This document shows, in pieces, positions 40,641-50,176 of a DNA stretch of 64,000 nt (position 1 is its first letter; every line of letters begins with the position of its first letter). The notes beneath the pieces are model-generated. The model saw only the letters and a list, made by a program, of their open reading frames with translations. It did no database searches and was not told where the DNA came from. Both the position numbers and the translations under genes were made by a program. The stretch lies in assembly GCA_963674825.1 (NCBI GenBank), contig OY771587.1:1184001-1248000 (forward strand). The letters run 5' to 3'. The DNA is from Candidatus Cloacimonadales bacterium. Its GTDB lineage: Bacteria > Cloacimonadota > Cloacimonadia > Cloacimonadales > JAIOQZ01.

Positions 40641-43600
40641 AGCTTTCAGAACAAGCGGTGAATCGTCCGATTTTCACCATCATGGTGGTGCTGATCGTGA
40701 TTATTCTGGGCAGTGTATCGCTGTCGCGGCTGTCCGTTGACCTGATGCCCGACATCACCTACCCCACGCTCAGTATCTCAACAACCTACGAAAACGCTAG
40801 TCCGCAAGAAATCGAAGAGCTGATAACCCGCCCTATCGAAGAGGCTGTCAGCGCTGTTCCGGGTGTGGAAGACATTACTTCGACTTCATCCGAAGGCAGC
40901 AGCAATGTCCGCATCACATTCAACTGGGGTACCGATCTCGATACTGCTTCCAACGACATCCGCGACCGGCTCGATCGCGTGATTTCAAATCTCCCGGACG
41001 AAGCCAGCAGACCAAGCCTCCGCAAGTTCGATCTCGCGGCTTTCCCGGTGATGTTGCTGGGTGCATCAGGTAATCTCGACCCGATCCAGATGCGCAAAAT
41101 TATCGACGAGCAGATCAAGTATCGCCTCGAACGCGTTCCCGGTGTTGCATCGATGGATGTCTGGGGTGGGCTCGATCGTGAAATCCATGTTTACATCAAC
41201 CCCGAGAAAATCAAAGCGCTGCGTATCACGCTCAATACCGTGCTGGATCGCATCAGATCCGGGAATATCAACCTCCCGGCCGGTACGGTAACACGCGGTA
41301 ACTACGAAGTGACCATCCGTACTCCGGGTGAATACGAGAACCTGGACGATCTGCGCCACACGACCATTATGGAACGCAACGGCAGCACGATCACACTCGA
41401 CGATATCGCCGAAGTGGAAGACTCATGGGAAAAAGTAACCCGCATCGTGCGTATCAACGGAAAACCAGGTATCCGGTTGGCGGTGAACAAGCAATCCGGC
41501 GCTAACACGGTGAAGGTCGCCAATGGTGTTCTGGATGAGCTCGAAAAAGTTTCGCAAGAAATCCCGCAAGTCCAGCTTGTTCCCATCATGGACTCATCCG
41601 AATACATCAAGCGCTCGATTTCCAATGTTGCCACTTCAGCAGTGATGGGCAGTATTCTGGCGATTCTGGTGCTTCTATTCTTCCTCCGTAACGTCCGCAG
41701 TACATTTATTATCGGTACCGCAATTCCTGTCTCTGTTATCGCCACATTCGGCTTAATCTATTTTGGTAATTTCACCCTTAACCTGATGACCCTCGGCGGT
41801 CTTGCACTGGGTATCGGTATGTTGGTGGATAACTCAATTGTTGTACTGGAAAACATCTACCGACTCCGCGAGAAAGGGATGAGTAAAAAAGAAGCCGCGA
41901 TCCAGGGGAGCAAAGAAGTCAGCTCCGCGATTATCGCATCGACGCTGACAACACTGGCTGTTTTCCTGCCACTGATTTTCATGCAGGGGATGTCTGGCGT
42001 GATGTTTCGACAGCTATCGTACGTGGTAAGCTTCTCGCTCATCTGCTCCATGTTCACCGCTTTGACTCTGATCCCCATGCTTGCCGGGAAACTGCTTGAG
42101 CCCAGCCAAATGTACAAGCACAAACCCGGTCTCGTTAAATCGGCATATAACGCCTCGGGAAACTTTTTCACGTGGTTGGAAAACCACTACAAGCGCATCC
42201 TCGATTACGCGCTTCATCACCGCATCCGCACAACCGTTTTCGCGATTCTGCTGCTGTTGGGTAGCTTGCTCTTGATACCGTTTGTGGGAACAGAGCTGAT
42301 GCCTGCATCGGACGAAGGTGAAGTGCGTATCAGCGCAGAAATGGAAGTCGGCACCAAGCTCGAACTGATGGACGAGAAGATGAAGCAGGTCGAGAAGATT
42401 ATCTACGAGCAGGTTCCGGAAATCGAGAATTCCGTTATCAGCGTTGGTGGATCGCACTGGCGCGGTAACCAATCCAACTCCGCCGACTGTCGAATCAATC
42501 TTGTACCAATGTCGCAGCGTAGCCGCTCCAGCGAAGAAGTCGCACAGGCATTGCGCAAAGCGCTGAGCGGAGTCCCCGGCATGACCTTGCGTGTGCGATC
42601 CAATTCGGGACTATTCATTTTCCGGCGTATGGCAAGCAGCACAGATCAGATTGGTATCGAGATTCGAGGACATGATCTTGATATCGCGTTAAAGCTGGCA
42701 GAGGAAGTCAAGAAGGCGATCCGTGACGTCGATGGCATCACGGATGCACAGCTCAGCCGCGACACAGGAACGCCTGAAGAGCTTATCGTGGTCGATCGCC
42801 GCAAAGCTGCCGATATGCGCCTGACCGTCAAGCAAGTGGCCTCCACGCTGCAAACCGTCCTTTCCGGTTCCACAGCCGGTAATTACCGCGAAGGAGGCGA
42901 CGAATATGCCATCCGTGTGCAGGTCAAGGACGCTGACAAGCTTGAGATACGCGATATTCTCGATCTGACTCTGACCAACTCCGATGGTCAGCCTGTTATC
43001 CTGCGCAACGTCGTTCGGCTTGAATCCCGCCGCGGCCCTGTAACCATCGAACGTCACGACCAGGAACGTGTGATCTCCGTTTCCGCCAACATCAGCGGTC
43101 GCGACATGGGCTCGATCATTACCGATATTCAGGCAAAGCTCAAGCAGATTCCGGTACCACGAGATTTCAGCATCCTGCTTACCGGAGACTACGAAGAGCA
43201 GCAAGAGGCTTTCCACGAGCTTCTTTTCGGGTTCGCGCTGGCTCTGTTGCTGGTTTACATGGTGATGGCATGTCAGTACGAATCGCTGCGGGATCCCTTT
43301 GTGGTGATGTTCTCCGTACCGCTGGCAATCGTGGGAGTCGTCCTGATTCTGTTGATCACCGGTACGACGTTCAATATCCAATCCTACATCGGCTGTATCA
43401 TGCTGGGCGGTATTGTGGTGAATAACGCGATCCTTCTGGTAGATACTACCAACCATCTACGACGCAGCGAGAACATGGAAACCTGCGCCGCGATCGAAGA
43501 AGCCGGTAGAAGAAGGCTGCGTCCCATCCTTATGACCGCGTTTACCACCATCCTCGGCCTTACGCCGCTGGCAATCGGCATCGGTGAGGGTGGCGAAGCT

Positions 43601-43714
43601 CAGGCTCCCATGGCACGCGCTGTGATCGGTGGTCTGCTCAGCTCGACCATCATCACCCTGGTGTTCGTTCCAATCGTGTATTCGTGGTTCGAATGGCGAA
43701 AGAAGAAGTGTTGA
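40637..43714 (+). CDS. RND efflux permease (AcrB/AcrD/AcrF family)
   Basis: 'LSVDLMPDI.YP', 'GMLVDNSIVVLENI', 'GIVVNNAILLVD', 'RLRPILMT'; 1025 aa. Confidence 0.95.
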   Translation: MKLSEQAVNRPIFTIMVVLIVIILGSVSLSRLSVDLMPDITYPTLSISTTYENASPQEIEELITRPIEEAVSAVPGVEDITSTSSEGSSNVRITFNWGTDLDTASNDIRDRLDRVISNLPDEASRPSLRKFDLAAFPVMLLGASGNLDPIQMRKIIDEQIKYRLERVPGVASMDVWGGLDREIHVYINPEKIKALRITLNTVLDRIRSGNINLPAGTVTRGNYEVTIRTPGEYENLDDLRHTTIMERNGSTITLDDIAEVEDSWEKVTRIVRINGKPGIRLAVNKQSGANTVKVANGVLDELEKVSQEIPQVQLVPIMDSSEYIKRSISNVATSAVMGSILAILVLLFFLRNVRSTFIIGTAIPVSVIATFGLIYFGNFTLNLMTLGGLALGIGMLVDNSIVVLENIYRLREKGMSKKEAAIQGSKEVSSAIIASTLTTLAVFLPLIFMQGMSGVMFRQLSYVVSFSLICSMFTALTLIPMLAGKLLEPSQMYKHKPGLVKSAYNASGNFFTWLENHYKRILDYALHHRIRTTVFAILLLLGSLLLIPFVGTELMPASDEGEVRISAEMEVGTKLELMDEKMKQVEKIIYEQVPEIENSVISVGGSHWRGNQSNSADCRINLVPMSQRSRSSEEVAQALRKALSGVPGMTLRVRSNSGLFIFRRMASSTDQIGIEIRGHDLDIALKLAEEVKKAIRDVDGITDAQLSRDTGTPEELIVVDRRKAADMRLTVKQVASTLQTVLSGSTAGNYREGGDEYAIRVQVKDADKLEIRDILDLTLTNSDGQPVILRNVVRLESRRGPVTIERHDQERVISVSANISGRDMGSIITDIQAKLKQIPVPRDFSILLTGDYEEQQEAFHELLFGFALALLLVYMVMACQYESLRDPFVVMFSVPLAIVGVVLILLITGTTFNIQSYIGCIMLGGIVVNNAILLVDTTNHLRRSENMETCAAIEEAGRRRLRPILMTAFTTILGLTPLAIGIGEGGEAQAPMARAVIGGLLSSTIITLVFVPIVYSWFEWRKKKC

Positions 43715-43721
43715 ACTATTG

Positions 43722-43752
43722 AGGGCAGGAGCAATTTCCTGCCCTTTCTTTT
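43722..43752 (+). terminator. Intrinsic terminator of the RND operon
   Basis: AGGGCAGGA...TCCTGCCCT followed by TTCTTTT. Confidence 0.75.
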
Positions 43753-43928
43753 ATAGGCAAGTTCCCGTGCCTGCCCTTCTCTTTCCCCTTGTCTATGAAA
43801 TCATCTTCTGAATGTGGCGAACGCAGTGAGGCTCTTCCGAATGTTGATTTCATGGGATTTTAAAACCAATGCGGACGAGGACGTCCGCGTACCCAGGGGG
43901 GACTGTAGGGGCAGGTCCCCGTGCTTAC
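43753..43928. repeat. Degenerate REP-like palindromes
   Basis: ATAGGCAAGTTCCCGTGCCTGCCC (43753-43776), ATGCGGACGAGGACGTCCGCGTACCCAGG (43869-43897), GTAGGGGCAGGTCCCCGTGCTTAC (43905-43928). Confidence 0.5.
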
Positions 43929-43961
43929 TATTGCTCCATCCACCTTCCCATGGATACATTT

Positions 43962-43990
43962 AAAAAAACCTGCCCTGGAGGAAGGGCAGG
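43962..43990 (-). terminator. Intrinsic terminator of the TPR gene
   Basis: A7 tract, then CCTGCCCT...AGGGCAGG. Confidence 0.6.
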
Positions 43991-44138
43991 CTGAGGTGGA
44001 GGGTTTCCTATGCTATTATGCTACGCCATTCGCAGAGAGATTCATGCAATCAATGCTCTGGCATTAGTTTATTACGGTTTGCTGTAAGGCAGGAATAATT
44101 GCGGTGTGAATAGCCGATGAACAAATATCGAATAGAAA

Positions 44139-45551
44139 TCAGGATTCTTCGTCGAAAAGAAACATGGGGGTGTCAGCGCTGTACTCTCCCAGATGTGCAT
44201 CCTCAAACTGGCGGTATTTTTTAAGCTGATCATTGATTCGTTGGAGTGAGGCTCGGATTTTCTGAAGCCTTGTGGTAGCCTTTTCACCGGCAGATTCGAT
44301 CGTCCCCTCCAGTAAGTCGAGATTACCCTGGATGACCATTAAGGGCTGGTTCAGCTCATGGTTGGCCGTAACCGCCATGGCATAGATGGAGTTTCGACGC
44401 TCAAGATTACGAATCTCGTTCTGTGCCTCTTCGAGTTGCTTGTTCTTTGCTACAAGTTCCTCGTTGCGCAGGCGATAGACTTCTGTTTCATGTTGCTTGC
44501 GTTCGAGGTCGAACTTAATCTCCAGGTTGTGGAGCCGCTCCATCGTTTGTTTACTTAAAACCTTACTTTTCACTTTGTCGTATTTGATAAAGGATTCCAG
44601 AGTCTTCTCGGAATTGCCAATCTGGGCATACATCCCAGCCTGCATGAAGTAAATCTGCATGATGATGTGTTCTGCGTTGATCTCTTGCGCTTTGACAAGA
44701 CCTCGTTCGAGGTTGTCTTTTGCTTTATCGAATACCTCTTTCATCGAGTAGGTTTGCCCGATATTGGCCAATGCGGTGGCGATCATAGATTCGTAGTTTT
44801 TCCCTTCGGCAATCTCCAGGCATGACTGGTATAGTTCAAGCGCATCATCCAGCCGACCCTGATCTTTTCTCAGCAGCGCCATGGAATTGAGTGTATTGCA
44901 AACGCCGCGTATATCCTCGAGCTGGTAGCAATAGGCAAGTGCCTTCTCGTTATATTCCAGCGCTTTCTCAAATTCCTTCATCTTCCTGCAGGTGACAGAC
45001 ATACCGCTGCAAATCAGACGCTTGTGTTCATCGAAACCATTCCGGTCTCCGATCATCTCCTCGGCTTTGCGGTAGTGCTCCAGCGCAATATCGAGCTTCT
45101 CGTAACTCCGGTACACATTGCCAATGTTGATCAACGTCCCAGCCATACCCTCGATGTTATTGCGCTCGAAGAACACATCGTACGACATATTGTAGTAACG
45201 CAGGCAGTTATCGAAATCACCAATGCCGCGATACGCAATGCCGAACTGGTTGTAGAGCAACGCCAGATCAAGATCCACATTGCCCTCGATCACTTTCTCG
45301 AGGAGTTCATGAAGGATTGGAAGCGCTTCCTTATTGCGATCGCTCGCCATCAAGAGATGCGCCTGCATATCCTTGCATTTCAACTGAACAGAATCGGTAC
45401 GGGCCAGTGATTCGGCTTTATGAAGAGCCTCATAAGCCTCATCCATTCGGCCTTTTTTCGAAAGAAGCTCCACCAGCTTGATCAGCAGACCAGCCTTGCT
45501 GTCGGGATTCCTTTCCGCGTCGATCTGTCGTTGCAATTCCTCGGGCATCAT
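44139..45551 (-). CDS. TPR-repeat protein with C-terminal HisKA (DHp) helix pair and no ATPase domain
   Basis: Multiple TPRs, a coiled coil, H-box 'TANHELNQPL'; the protein ends about 60 aa later with no N/G boxes. Confidence 0.8.
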   Translation of the reverse strand: MMPEELQRQIDAERNPDSKAGLLIKLVELLSKKGRMDEAYEALHKAESLARTDSVQLKCKDMQAHLLMASDRNKEALPILHELLEKVIEGNVDLDLALLYNQFGIAYRGIGDFDNCLRYYNMSYDVFFERNNIEGMAGTLINIGNVYRSYEKLDIALEHYRKAEEMIGDRNGFDEHKRLICSGMSVTCRKMKEFEKALEYNEKALAYCYQLEDIRGVCNTLNSMALLRKDQGRLDDALELYQSCLEIAEGKNYESMIATALANIGQTYSMKEVFDKAKDNLERGLVKAQEINAEHIIMQIYFMQAGMYAQIGNSEKTLESFIKYDKVKSKVLSKQTMERLHNLEIKFDLERKQHETEVYRLRNEELVAKNKQLEEAQNEIRNLERRNSIYAMAVTANHELNQPLMVIQGNLDLLEGTIESAGEKATTRLQKIRASLQRINDQLKKYRQFEDAHLGEYSADTPMFLFDEES

Positions 45552-45627
45552 CGTTCCTCATTTGACCATTGAAATATGATCATAATACAAGGAACTGACA
45601 ATCCGTCAAGGGGAAATTACAGAAAGA

Positions 45628-47601
45628 TTACGATAGATCAATATCGAAAATCAGCGTCGGAATAATCAGCTTAGAGCGCTTTCCGCCAAGCTTGAGCAGA
45701 TCGGAATATTTCTCCTTTGGTGCAAATGATCGCTTGAATTTACGCGTCTGTTCTATATGTAGATGATTGCCGTCAGCTCGATAGGTTCCCTGTATCTCGC
45801 CAAACTGGTTGGAAAAATTTACATCTTTCAGCTCCGATTGCAAAGTCCAGCCTTCCGGCGCCTGGATATCGATAATCTTTGTATAGACCTCGTCTTCGTA
45901 GATCGCAATGTCGTTTTTACGCTTCTCTGCATCGATCTTATAGCGCTTGATGGATGCCGGTTCAAGGAGGCCGCCAGTCTGCATGATCGCTTCATCCATC
46001 ATGATGGACATCAGGTTATCCACCGTGTATTCGAAGGTAATATAGAGCGGTTCGCGCGGTTTTTCGAGGTTGGTGAGTTCGTATGTAAAATCCTCGACAT
46101 TGATGTTCTTCCAGGTGAGAAAGGTGTCCATCATCTTATCCTGCTCTTCGGCTTCAAGCTCTTCCCAGGTATTCCTTAGCGAATAGGCCGAACCGCCATG
46201 CGCACCCAAGACCTGCTTCACATGCAGCTTACCGTCTTCCTGAATCGTGATCTCATATTCCTCTTCCACGATATTATCGATCGCAGCCGCTTCGGGGAGT
46301 GTGAACTTTTCAGCGTCCTCATACGGTTTCGAGACAACTATCGCCGGCTGCTCCGACAGATCTGAGGGTATCTGGTTCCACTTTAGGTATGCAAAATACG
46401 GGAAGGAATAGTGGTACTCCCCATCAAGCTTTATCCGCAACCCTGGAATCGGGTACTGCTCCAGATCGACAAACGACCGATCGAGATAACCGTACAGCGG
46501 AAGATGGCAGATGATCAACTCGCTCGAGACATCAATCTCAGCCAGCATCAGCTTGGCCACTCCGCAGAATTGATATGGGTTCGCTTCACCAGATCTCAGA
46601 ATCTTGGTTCCGATGTTCTGATTGCCGTTCCATGCCAGTTCGAGGTTATCCTGCAGGTAATTGACAATGTTGCGGATCTGGGCCATCTTCGTCTCTTCGT
46701 TTACCGTCAGACTATCGACGATCTCGTCGAATCGTGTTCCCCAGAAGAATTTCTTACCTTTGTGCGAGGGTACGCTTTCGAGAATCGAGGTGAACAACTC
46801 ATCCCATGTCTGCGACAGATCCAGCGAACCGAGCTTGCTGATCTTGTATTGGATGTATCGACCGCTCTCCCTGCGGTATGGTGAATACGATTCTTTCTCA
46901 TAGGCTTCCAGGTTTTCCATTGTGTACGAGGTAACCACACGGCCAGGATAGACATTCTTCTTGGTTTTGACAAACGGCTCTTCCTCTGCCACTTTCTTCC
47001 GGTAGAATCCGGCGCTCTGCGGGAGATTCATCGTAAACGTGCTCTTCAAACACGGAGATTCTATATCAAGAAAGACCGTGCTGGAAAAATGGTAGTTGTT
47101 TTGCGTGAAATCTTCTCGTATCTGGTATCCTTCCTGAATAATTGCGCCTTTGACAATATTGGGATAGCTAATCTTGTATCGGAGATACCCATTGCTCAGT
47201 CTCTCCAAAATGCAATCATCCCGCGTATAGGCATTGACTGTTCCATCTGGGTAGAGAACGCGAAGATACAGGGATTGCAGCTTCTGGTATCCAGGAAACG
47301 ATAGGGAAAACTGATTGAGGTACTCGTTAGTAGGATCGAGGATGATATATTCGTTTTCAATTGTCTCGAAATAAGCAAAGACTTCCCGATCCATCACAAC
47401 CGTAGATCCATATTCAACGGTTCTGTTGCGAACAGAGAATAATGCATAGTCATCCGGGTATTCGGCAACAAGTGAATCGATTTTTGTACAATCGATTCCG
47501 GGCTCCTGCGGCGGATTTAAAACAACGTAGCTTTTCACCATACAGCCACTGAGCGTCAGCAGCATCACCAATAACAAAAGCGGAAAGTAAAGACGTCTCA
47601 T
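45628..47601 (-). CDS. DUF3857/DUF3858-like lipoprotein with a degenerate transglutaminase-like core
   Basis: Lipobox 'LSGC'; 'ISYPNIVKGAII', 'RKNDI', 'PEGW', 'NQFG...Y'. No GxC catalytic motif seen. Confidence 0.7.
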   Translation of the reverse strand: MRRLYFPLLLLVMLLTLSGCMVKSYVVLNPPQEPGIDCTKIDSLVAEYPDDYALFSVRNRTVEYGSTVVMDREVFAYFETIENEYIILDPTNEYLNQFSLSFPGYQKLQSLYLRVLYPDGTVNAYTRDDCILERLSNGYLRYKISYPNIVKGAIIQEGYQIREDFTQNNYHFSSTVFLDIESPCLKSTFTMNLPQSAGFYRKKVAEEEPFVKTKKNVYPGRVVTSYTMENLEAYEKESYSPYRRESGRYIQYKISKLGSLDLSQTWDELFTSILESVPSHKGKKFFWGTRFDEIVDSLTVNEETKMAQIRNIVNYLQDNLELAWNGNQNIGTKILRSGEANPYQFCGVAKLMLAEIDVSSELIICHLPLYGYLDRSFVDLEQYPIPGLRIKLDGEYHYSFPYFAYLKWNQIPSDLSEQPAIVVSKPYEDAEKFTLPEAAAIDNIVEEEYEITIQEDGKLHVKQVLGAHGGSAYSLRNTWEELEAEEQDKMMDTFLTWKNINVEDFTYELTNLEKPREPLYITFEYTVDNLMSIMMDEAIMQTGGLLEPASIKRYKIDAEKRKNDIAIYEDEVYTKIIDIQAPEGWTLQSELKDVNFSNQFGEIQGTYRADGNHLHIEQTRKFKRSFAPKEKYSDLLKLGGKRSKLIIPTLIFDIDLS

Positions 47602-49517
47602 TTCATCTCCTTATTGATCGCAAACATTGATTTTCGGTTCTTATCGTATTCCCGAATGCACTGCACCAGCTTGAGGTTGTCATCTCCCTGAAAGATACCC
47701 GGTGCCAGGTAAAGCTCATACGCGGCATGAATCGAACCATTAGCGCTGTGGCACTCGGCGTTGAAATCCCACATCGAATCAGTGATCGACAGGCTGTCGG
47801 AGCCGGCAATATAGCCTGGAGACTGGATATCGATCACAAGACGCCCATGTAACGGATAGCTCGAGTTGATCGGCGCGTCTCCCTCTCGTTTTAAAATCGA
47901 CTGACTGTCGATTGCAAATGGAGTCTTGGGAAGGTACAGCCTTTTGCTCGAAACAGGAACCATTTCGGAGAGTCTCGCCGTCGCATCGAGGATGACCTGC
48001 GTGGAATCGGTATGCTTCAGGTCGAAAAAATCGAATTTCAGGTTAACGAATCGATCACTCAACTCGTTTGCCAGATAATTCTCGAGATCGAGGTCGTTCA
48101 GATGATCCGCAGCGTTGAGAACCATGAGCATGAGCCTGCCATGAAGCACGATCTCCGCACGGGCTTTGTTGAGGGAATCGGCTTTTGCTGTAATAAAAAT
48201 CTCATATGCCGGGCCGGAAAGCGCTCCTTCAATGAGCTGCTCTCTGGGATTTATCTCAGAGAGAATCAGCGCTTTTTTCCCATCCAGAATCTCGGATCTC
48301 AGGTATGTCGAGCAGCCGATGGAAGTTGGATCGAGGAAATATGTTTTTCCGTTATTCTCCCAGTGGCATATCATGTGATCGTACTGAAAGGGGTGTATTC
48401 CATCGAATGGTGGTGCAGGATCGACCGATACCAGTGCCAAGTCGATATTGATGCCGTACATTGACGTCAAATAGCGTAGCAACAGCGACTTATCCTTACA
48501 ATCGCCATACATGTTATTGAGGGTCTTCACTGGCGGATGAGGATAGAAGGAGAAGCCATCCTGATGCTCTGCAACATAGCGTACGTTTCGGCTGATGAAA
48601 TCGAGGAAGAGATTCACCCGATCTTCATCCGTGCTCAAGGAATCTGCTTTGTTCAACAGAGCTGTTACACGGTTTCGCGAGAAAGCGTTCAGAAGCTCCT
48701 TCGATTGATCCGGAGCTTCCACTTTACCAATGAGGCTGTCCGGTATTTCAGGCGTCAGATAGAGGAGCTCTTCCCGCGTAGGAGCACTTCGAGTCATTCG
48801 GCTGAGATACCACTTTGTGAACTTCTCGGGCGTATTGGGTAAGATCGATTCCCCATCACGATAGATCGAAATCATGACGTACCCCAGCATACCCGGAAAA
48901 GGATCATAATCTTCCGCCTCAATAGCCTTTATATTCTCGATCTTGAATGTTGCGGAGTTTCCTTCGCTTTGGATGATCGGCTCGATATTCGGCCTGTTGC
49001 TGAAGAACTGGAAATCAATCGTGCATGACTTGGGAACAAGGACATCGATTTGGATGCGGTTCACATCGCTATCGCCATGTAATGGTACGATTGGTAGATG
49101 GGCGTAGTCACTGTATTCGGTTTTATATTGGATCTCCAGAACATCTCCGATCTCGGGATTGAGCTTTGCGGGAATCGTTACGCGATTGCGTTTGTCGTCG
49201 GAATAGAACACGTCGCTTGAATAGACGCTGCTCCAGTCGATCCTGGCAGTCAGATCTTTATCCTCGAATTTGGCTTTCTGTCGGGTTATCGGATTGTCGG
49301 CCGCTTCGAAGAAATAGAAGGTGCGATAATCGAACGAACGTTCCGTCTGGAAGATATAATCAAGCGTTGTCCAGCATTGAAGCTCGTACGAATCATCATC
49401 AGTCTCATTAAGCTCGAATTCATACAGCTTGTCGATTGCGAAATCCGCCTGTAGAGCATACATGGAGGCGAACCCGAATGTGAAGAACAGAAGTATAAGA
49501 ATAGCGCGAAAGTACAC
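47598..49517 (-). CDS. Transglutaminase-like (DUF3857-associated) secreted protein
   Basis: 'NVRYVA...PHPP..TL...YGDCKDKS', 'DHMI', 'FLDPT' (Cys-His-Asp triad). Confidence 0.8.
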   Translation of the reverse strand: MYFRAILILLFFTFGFASMYALQADFAIDKLYEFELNETDDDSYELQCWTTLDYIFQTERSFDYRTFYFFEAADNPITRQKAKFEDKDLTARIDWSSVYSSDVFYSDDKRNRVTIPAKLNPEIGDVLEIQYKTEYSDYAHLPIVPLHGDSDVNRIQIDVLVPKSCTIDFQFFSNRPNIEPIIQSEGNSATFKIENIKAIEAEDYDPFPGMLGYVMISIYRDGESILPNTPEKFTKWYLSRMTRSAPTREELLYLTPEIPDSLIGKVEAPDQSKELLNAFSRNRVTALLNKADSLSTDEDRVNLFLDFISRNVRYVAEHQDGFSFYPHPPVKTLNNMYGDCKDKSLLLRYLTSMYGINIDLALVSVDPAPPFDGIHPFQYDHMICHWENNGKTYFLDPTSIGCSTYLRSEILDGKKALILSEINPREQLIEGALSGPAYEIFITAKADSLNKARAEIVLHGRLMLMVLNAADHLNDLDLENYLANELSDRFVNLKFDFFDLKHTDSTQVILDATARLSEMVPVSSKRLYLPKTPFAIDSQSILKREGDAPINSSYPLHGRLVIDIQSPGYIAGSDSLSITDSMWDFNAECHSANGSIHAAYELYLAPGIFQGDDNLKLVQCIREYDKNRKSMFAINKEMK

Positions 49518-49835
49518 AGATCCTCCCTTACGAGATTATGGTGTTCCGGCGCTAAAATAGCCATAAGACAATGAAGCGATCCGGAATTATTGGCCCGACA
49601 ATACATTTGCACATAGCATTTCACCAATATTGATACCGCTCTACAGAATTGACAAGTCTTTTTGCTGTATTTTGGAATACTTGCTCGTGTCAAGCCTTGA
49701 TACTACCCACACCCATCATTAACTAATATTACCCACAAGCAAGCAAGATATCCGCCCAGGCAATAACCGAGAATTGTTTTTATTGACATAATAACATTAT
49801 ACACACTATATGTCATCAGGGATTAAGGAGGCGTT

Positions 49836-50057
49836 ATGCCATCTATCTACCAAAAGATATCGTCCGAGAACAAACATGAATTAGAAATGATCATGAGAAA
49901 TCACTTACAAAAACCAATCACGGAAAGAAACATAAGTCTCATGCAAGATCTCTGCTGCCGCTTCCTGAGCAGCCCCTACTATTCGCCACACACGCGCATT
50001 GAATTTGAAAACTATCTCGCGATCTATTCCACCGTGGAGGAATGGGACGAGAAATAA
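49836..50057 (+). CDS. Small hypothetical protein
   Basis: TTGACA at 49783, AAGGAGG RBS and a terminator directly downstream. Confidence 0.6.
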   Translation: MPSIYQKISSENKHELEMIMRNHLQKPITERNISLMQDLCCRFLSSPYYSPHTRIEFENYLAIYSTVEEWDEK

Positions 50058-50071
50058 CAGCTAACCGAAGT

Positions 50072-50101
50072 AGAACCGGGTAGAGATACCCGGTTTTCTT
50101 T
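50072..50101 (+). terminator. Intrinsic terminator
   Basis: AACCGGGTA-GAGA-TACCCGGTT followed by TTCTTT. Confidence 0.75.
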
Positions 50102-50129
50102 CAGACATTGTTGTGGTGTGGTCAAAAAC

Positions 50130-50163
50130 AAAGAAACCGGACATTTCTGTCCGGTTTCTTTTT
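50130..50163. terminator. Bidirectional intrinsic terminator (ends the 746-aa gene)
   Basis: AAAGAAACCGGACA-TTTC-TGTCCGGTTTCTTT. Confidence 0.75.
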
Positions 50164-50176
50164 ATAAGTATCGAGA

